From assembly GCA_001949185.1 (NCBI GenBank), contig BDGG01000009.1, forward strand, positions 1,663,624 to 1,727,623: a stretch of DNA of 64,000 nucleotides. The letters run 5' to 3'. This DNA is from Ramazzottius varieornatus (lineage: Eukaryota; Animalia; Tardigrada). The translations under genes and the position numbers were made by a program. The notes beneath the pieces were generated by a model. It was given only the letters and a program-made list of their open reading frames with translations. It was not told the DNA's origin and did no database searches. Positions 56,760 to 64,000 of this stretch are shown one piece after another; the first letter of the stretch is position 1, and every line of letters starts with the position of its first letter.

Positions 56760-57650
56760 TTTTTCTCCTGGCTGGACCTGGATCTTTCGGCAAAGGGAGT
56801 TCGCGCGAAGGGCGCATCACTTCCACCGCCATGATATCCTGCGAAATATAATTAAGGGTCCAAGGATTGCATACTAGATACCATGAACACGCTAATTATA
56901 CGTACGCTACTTCCGGTTCCTTCTCGCGGTTCTCTGATAACGCGCCGTCCACACAAACTAATCGGTTCTTCCCCCGCCTTACGTGCTGTCACGCTTCTAA
57001 TTTTTCCTGGAAAGTATGGGGATCCTGGAGGAGTCCAAAGGAAGGAGGTTGGAGAATCGGAGGGAGAGACAAGTTTGTTTTCAGATTTGAAACAAAAGCT
57101 GGAATTGCGAAATGGAGGATATTCTTGACCTCTCGGCTGCTCTCGGTAACACTATAGAGACTGCGGACTGATCCACACTTGGCACATCCAACCCACATAG
57201 TAAATCATGACGTCATATACAAAACTGGCATCTTCTAAAACAACGCCTTCCAAACAAACTGGTTAATATGACGTGACGATATATCTTTGTGAATCACTTC
57301 GCAGTCTTTGTATTAATCAAGCCGGCGAGGGTGTACCCACCCCACTCCGGTGTGTACCCTTCGACTGGCAGAATCCCGAAAAGCTCTGGGGGCAACGTGC
57401 ACAGGAATGCGTGAGCCAAGCAATCAACGTACGCTTCGATGGTTTGCAAACTTGATTTCTGAAATTCTGTCAGCCACGTCGGCGTTCTCTCTAACTTGTT
57501 CATGTTTTCTCGCCAGAACTTCCGACAAAATCAGGATCCTGCTGGTGGATGATCCGCTGAAGATCGTTTGCACCGTTTCGGAAGGTTCTGATATGGGAAG
57601 CTCGTAGCTAGCGCAGTTGCAACCGTCCCCAGAAACACCGCATCGCCACA

Positions 57651-60600
57651 ATGAGTGCGCAGAAAGTGAGTTGGGAGCATGTACTTCACCGACATTTCTT
57701 CCGGTAGAATCTATGTGTGTTCTTTGTGCATAGGTTTCTGTAAGGGAGAGGGATCAGACGACCAGAAGTCGACAGAATGCAGCCACCATGCAGGCGAATG
57801 GCGGTGCACAGCACTCGACAAAGGCCAAAGAGTTCTCACTGGGAGACTACCTCAACCTCACGCCGGAACAGCAGGAAACATATCTAAAGATGCTGATCCT
57901 GACCGTCAGTTGCATTATGTGTAAGTGCGCCGGCCAGAAATTTTCGTTTGTGACCGGAAGGGATGAAAAGATTTGAGAACCGAACGAAAATTCGGCAAAC
58001 GAACTCGACCAGATTGTTGTTTCCAAGTGGTGCAAGCTGTCAGTGTTATTGGCTGGAAGCGTGCGCCACTATGAAACACGATCTTGTCGATCTTTCTTCG
58101 CGGTTTTAATAGTAATTGAAAATTTCGTTGCAGCCTTCTCAACCAGATTGTTTTCGGTCCTACGGTACGAATCAGTCATCCACGGTACGTAGAAAGCTGG
58201 ATCAGAATCCGAGGGGATGTAGTTTGGTATTGCGTAAAAGTCTGTAGTGACTTGACGGGCTTTTGTTTTGCAGAGTTCGATCCATATTTCAACTATCGGA
58301 CAACGAAATTCCTTGCCGATGAAGGCTACTACAAATTTCACAACTGGTTTGACGACCGGGCGTGGTATCCTCTTGGTCGTATCATCGGAGGTACCATCTA
58401 TCCAGGTAGGTTATAGTCAGGGCTTGTGTTCAAAACTGACGAGGTTCACGATAAGTCAGCCTTTTCTAGCCGACGTATAATCACACCCTCGTAAAAGCGC
58501 ACTCGGTGGCATCCAAACGGGTCTTTCTCTTTGCGGAAGATTTGTATTTCAACCTCGATACATCTTTCCTTTGCAGGTCTGATGGTGACTGCTTCCGTCC
58601 TGCACTACATTCTAAACACTTTGCATATCAGCATCGATGTCAGGAACGTTTGTGTCTTCTTCGCACCGCTCTTTTCCAGTTTGACAACCATTGTCACGTA
58701 CTTGCTGACAAAAGAATTGAAGGTAGGTGAGCCAGTTGGACTATTCTGGTCTGGTATAAAAGGTCTTTATTTCCGTTTGGTCTGTTGCAGGATTCTGGTG
58801 CGGGTTTAGTAGCTGCAGCGCTGATATCGATCGTCCCAGGTTACATCTCCAGGTCGGTGGCTGGATCGTACGACAACGAAGGCATCGCCATCTTCTGCAT
58901 GCTGTTGACCTACTACCTGTGGATTAAGTCCGTCAAGACCGGATCAGTCTATTGGTCCAGTGCCTGTGCCCTAGCCTACTTTTACATGGTATGGAGGCCT
59001 GCTTTTCACTAACTAATCATCCCTTTCGGAAATCCACCTCGACAAGGAAACTAGCCTGTCAGTTTTTCCAAGTGGCGGACGTCCTCATGGTTATGGGTAA
59101 ACAGCCTGCGCCACTTGGGACAACAGTCTTGACGAGCTTATGTGCCGACTGCTCTCATGATGGGACTTGGTAGGTGTCGAGCTGGGGAGGTTATGTCTTT
59201 CTCATCAACTTGATTCCCCTACACGTCTTGGCCCTAATCTTCACCGGTCGCTTTTCCCATCGAATCTACGTGGCCTACTCTACGGTAAGGTTCGATTTCT
59301 TCTTCTGGTCTCTTTCCAACCTGCTGGTTGTTTTTGTGTAAGAAGGCAGAGCATACTGTACGCGGGTCTTGACGGCTTTGCGTTTAATCAAGCTTTGCAA
59401 GAGCCAAGTTCGTCGAACCAAGCTGTCAGGTGCCTTATTACCTTATGGCGTGACCCGATTGACACATCTCCCTTTTTCGTTACAGGTGTATGTCATCGGC
59501 ACCATCCTTTCCATGCAGATCCCTTTTGTCGGATTCCAGCCCGTACAAACCAGCGAACACATGGCAGTAAGCACAGTGTCGCTCAATGAACAGTTCTCTA
59601 AAAGTCTCATCCTTGAGCACATAGACAAATTTACGGAAAAAGATCTGCAGACACATTTGAGAAGATTATTTTCTCAAGTGGCGCACTTGTACGGTTTTAT
59701 TGGCTGGAAGCGTGCGCCCTTTGAAAGAAGATCTTCTCCAGTTTGATTGTTGTCGTCTCAATAGTATACTCTTGACTTGAAGAGTGGCGTTTTAGGCTTT
59801 TGGCGTTTTTGGGTTATGTCAACTTTACGCCTTCCACGAGTATGTGCGATCGAAGATGAGCCGGGAGAACTTTGAGCAGTTGCTGCGTTCGGTGGTCTTG
59901 GTGCTAGGCGGCGTAGGAGCAGTGGTAGGTGCCATCTTGTCCTTCACCGGCAAGATTGCTCCCTGGACGGGTCGCTTCTACTCGTTGCTGGACCCCTCCT
60001 ACGCCAAGAACAACATTCCAATCATCGCTTCGGTCTCGGAACATCAGCCGACAGCTTGGTCTTCTTTCTACTTTGACCTGCAGTTGCTCGTCTTCATGTT
60101 TCCCGGTAAGGCCCAATTGGAAGGCCGACAGGGTCGTTGTTGCCAAGTGGCGCACGTTTGCAGTGCAATTGACTGGAAGTGTGCGCCATTAGGGCAAACG
60201 ATGTGGTCGCGTTTCCTTGCGCAGCTGCCGATTCAGCTCTCTTACGATACGGTATTGATGCGATGTTCAAGTGGGGCTTTTGTAGTGGGAATGTACTACT
60301 GTTTCAAGAAGCTGACGGACGGCAACATCTTTATCATCATGTACGGGGTGACCAGCATCTACTTTGCCGGTGTGATGGTCCGTCTGATGCTGGTGCTGGC
60401 TCCGGTCATGTGTGTCCTGTCGGGTATCGGCATCTCCTCCATCCTGTCCATCTATGCCAAGAACGCCGAAGTACCGTCGGAATCGGCCGGCCCTGACAGC
60501 GCCAAGAAGGGCCGACGGGGCGAGTCTTCCTACTGGCTGAAGAGCGAGGTACCTTTTGCCCCATCGCCCTTCATATCAAACTGTGACAAGTCCTCTCCAT

Positions 60601-61915
60601 GATGATGCATTATTGTTTGCCTGAAGTACTGTGATGGTTGACATTTCGCAAGACAGTATCTGAATAGACAAAACGGGTAGAGTAGCACTGTTAAGGACAA
60701 CAAGTTCAACTGGACTGTGGGTAAGGTTGTAAAATGGTGGCCTCTTACAGATCGGGACGGCCATGTGCTGCTTGATGACGGTCTTGCTGGCCACCTACGC
60801 CTGGCACTGCATCTGGGTGACGTCGGAGGCCTACAGCAGCCCTTCCATCGTCCTTTCGGCTCGCGGTGGAGGCGGCGATCGCATCATTTTTGACGACTTT
60901 CGTGAGGCCTACTACTGGCTGCGGATGAACACTGCCGAGGTTGGTCCCCTACAGTGGAATGCACTTTGATGACATTGCCTTTGCGAGCAGCACTCTGTGC
61001 CGCGCTACTTAGTCGCGGTCCAATTTTTAACTCTCGCTAAAGTCATCTTCCGCTCATTCCTATTTCGGCTTCTTCGTGTGCCCGAAGCTGATCAATGTCA
61101 TCGGTACAGAAGAGTATACTGGATGGGGGTTTCTCTTTTTCAGGAGGCCAAGATTATGTCCTGGTGGGATTATGGATATCAGGTAGGAGGACAGTGACGG
61201 ACAGCTCTGTCCAATTGCAGCTTGAAACATTTCCTTATACCAGATCACGGCAATGGCTAACCGGACCATCCTGGTTGACAATAACACATGGAACAACACG
61301 CACATCTCGCAAGTTGGGCAGGCCATGTCGCGGCCGGAAGAACGGGCCTACGAGATTATGAGAGAACTGGATGTCGATTACGTTTTGGTCATCTTTGGCG
61401 GCCTGACGGGATATTCTTCCGACGGTCAGCACCTATTCCTTATTCTCCACTGCATGGTCGCCTTGATAGATGACAACTTCATTCTTTTGTTGTAGATATT
61501 AACAAGTTTTTGTGGATGGTGCGAATCGGTGGGTCGACCGATCGCGGCTTCGACATCAAGGAGAACGACTATTACACTTCTTCGGGCGAGTTCCGAGTGG
61601 ATCGTGAAGGTTCTCCCATCTTGCTGAACTGTCTGATGTACAAACTGTGCTATTATCGATTCGGAGACGTTTACACCGAAGGAGGTCAGTTCCAACTGCC
61701 CTCAAGTTTGTCTGTACCAAAACCCAAAAGCACTTTTCCCTTCTCTTATCTAGTTTTTGTCTTTTGCAGGTAAACCAGCGGGTTACGATCGGGTTCGTAA
61801 CGTGGAGATTGGCAATAAGGATTTTGAGCTAGATCGCTTAGAGGAAGCTTTCACTTCGGAGCATTGGCTCGTAAGAATTTACAAAGTGAAAAAGTTGCCC
61901 AATAGAAGTATCTAA
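57651..61915 (+). CDS. STT3A: Oligosaccharyltransferase catalytic subunit, STT3A-type
   Basis: [62 protein letters not shown] (A-type). Confidence 0.96.
57991..58103. repeat. Intronic palindromic element, monomer, STT3A intron 57921-58133
   Basis: ttcggcaaacgaactcgaccagattg...caagtggtgca...gtgcgccact...gatcttgtcga. Confidence 0.85.
59025..59150. repeat. Intronic palindromic element, monomer, STT3A intron 58989-59173
   Basis: ccaagtggcggac...tgcgccacttggg...gtgccgac. Confidence 0.8.
59655..59745. repeat. Intronic palindromic element, monomer, STT3A intron 59567-59795
   Basis: gagaagat...tcaagtggcgcac-25nt-gtgcgccctttga...atcttctc. Confidence 0.85.
60122..60230. repeat. Intronic palindromic element, monomer, STT3A intron 60106-60285
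   Basis: ccaagtggcgcac-25nt-gtgcgccattaggg. Confidence 0.85.
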
Positions 61916-62754
61916 ACCGGTAGATTATCTTGCGAACCCTCTCTACTAAACTGCTGACTGGCGCTGGATGACTGATTCTGCTGTTGCAGACAATGTTATG
62001 CTTTTTAAATAATATTTTCTACCTTGATTTTTATCTGTAAAGCTGCACCACGAACTGTACTGATCTGTTGTTACTCAAGAATGAACGGAAGCGCAACTAT
62101 CTTGTAAAGTTTTGTTACGGGTTTGCGGCCAGCCTTCCGTTAGATTCCGTTGATCAAACGTGTTCAAACGCGTCTTCACTCATGGCCGAGATGCTGTACT
62201 GACTCATCGATTTATGAAAATACTGCCTACTTTGTGTGTACAAGCAGCCGCGCACCGTGATGTCATCGCGGCTTGTGGAGCCTGGGTTTGTATAACTTAA
62301 AAGGCTGCAGCCACTCGTTCTGGTCGTCTCATTCTTTCAGTAGTCGGTACCACTTTCAGGAAAACATTCTGTGACGATTCTCAAACCGGGAATCTCGAAA
62401 ACTTGCCGGAAGAGTAAGCGCGGACAGGAGTCCTCGTCCACGCTTCCGTTGAACGATAGAGCCGAGATACTTTCGACTTCGAGGGGCTCTCTCCATTTCC
62501 GGGTTCAAAGGATAGCCAAAGTCGCAACTCGCAAGCTCCGTCCTGCCCAATTTACTTGGACCATTGATTGTCTGATTAGTTGACGAGACAGCGCGATTTG
62601 GAGTTTCCTTTTCTCGACGCGCTTTTCCAGTTTTGTCTTGCCGTTTCACCTCCGACAAGACATCGCATCCAGACTGATCAAGTCCATTTTGTGCTGCCGT
62701 CATAGTCTCGAAGAGGGATCTATTGGTCTGACATACAAATCCACGAGGGAAAAG

Positions 62755-64000
62755 ATGGCGTGGAATAAGGTATGGCCGGAACTTCGGAGTTTGTCTGGTC
62801 TGCAATATGCTTTATGATCGTCTTTTGCTCGTAGGAAGCAACAGTTATCGTCTTTGATATTGGATCTCATATGGCCCAGCAGGCAGAAGGCAAAATGAGT
62901 CACTTCGACATATCGAAACAATGTATATTGCGAATACTGCAGAACAAGGTATGGTATCCTTGTGGACGTGCCTTCTTGCTTAATTCTGCTTAATAGTGGT
63001 CTTCCCTCCATCGCAGTTGTTCACAGAGTCCAAGGATGAATTCGCCCTCGTGCTGTGCGGCGCAGAAAATACGGACAATCGCCTCAACGAGATGTCGGAC
63101 AGCGACTACATGTCGATCAAGACCGAAGCAGGTTTAAAGATGGTCGACTGGGAAATTCTGGACGCGCTCAGCAGTATTCAAGAACCGACCATGGTCAAGG
63201 ATGGCGACGGTAAGACACATGCAGCAGGACCATCTAGTAAAGAAAACTTTCCAGCAACATGCCCTTGCCTTTTCAGTTTTTGAAGCACTCAGAGTCGCTC
63301 TGGACGTCATCGAACAGGAAGAAGCCGCATCTAAGAAGTAATTTAGCTGTAATGGACAAGTTTTGTCTGCCCCTGCTGTAATTATTCCTTCGTATTCCTT
63401 AGGAAACGATTCGCTAAACGGAGAATTTTGCTCTTTTCCAACCTACGTGGAACTTCGAATGCTGTGAGAGATCAGATGTCGCGCTTCGTGCAGGATATGG
63501 AGAGCGCCAATATCAATATGATGCAGCTCATGTAAGGACTTTATCTCGTGATCCATCTAAACGTCTTATCGATTGTTGGTTCGTTATAGCGGGGTCGATT
63601 TGGAAGAAAAGAAAGACGAGCCACGTCACAACGGGCACGATAAGAAGGGCCAGACGAAGAAGCAGGGAAAGGCCGCTGTGGAGACCCTCCAGAAGGTGTA
63701 CGAGTCCTTGAAGTCCGTTGAAGACGTTGAGAGCTACTCCTTCGCTGACGCTTTGAAATATACAAACGCCTTCGCCGGACGTCAAGTACGCCCCACTCCT
63801 TGGAACGGCCTTTTGGAGATCGGTGAGACACTAAAAGTCCCAGTTGTCATGTTCTGCAGAGTAAGTAAGGACGTTATTACCAAGACTTCCGGTTGGTTCT
63901 GCAACGACGGAAATTACAGAACCTTCGCCTTAATACATTTCTGCTTCCTTTCAGATAAAGGAGGCAAAGCCCAAGCAGAGCTGGAAGAAGGCTTACGCCG
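62755..64000 (+). CDS. XRCC5: Ku80, 5' part (vWA domain); runs off window
   Basis: MAWNK|EATVIVFDIGSHM, LFTESKDEFALVLCGAENTDNRL, ALRVALDVI, WNGLLEIG. Confidence 0.85.

Overview
Eukaryotic (metazoan, probably invertebrate; not identifiable further from sequence alone) genomic DNA from a very compact genome. It holds about 21 intron-containing or intronless genes in 64 kb: SPT6 (3' part), an F-box protein, NOP9, kaptin, a 2-RRM protein, a ZIP8/14-type transporter, a tektin, ORP1L-like OSBPL, RPL17, ELAC2, TIPIN, TEX2, FAM32A, a small Cys-tailed protein, MED18, HSP70, TPD52-like, NDUFB8, a divergent DDB1, ELP3, STT3A and Ku80 (5' part). Many introns are about 55-100 nt. The main unexplained structure is a ~115-bp palindromic element, consensus approx. 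cagctcggcaaacaaactcgaccagatcgttttcccAAGTGGCGCAC-N23-25-GTGCGCCACTTgggaaaacgatctggtcgagtttgtttgccgagctg. I counted it by eye at 21 loci (14 monomers, 7 tandem dimers) in 9 genes, always inside longer introns, and its arms co-vary within copies. Other long introns carry unrelated hairpins, suggesting long introns here are folded back to a short effective length. Also notable: a 9-nt micro-exon encoding the ZIP TM4 metal-binding His-Asn, and a GC-AG intron in HSP70. Exon boundaries were inferred manually from GT/AG sites and reading frame.
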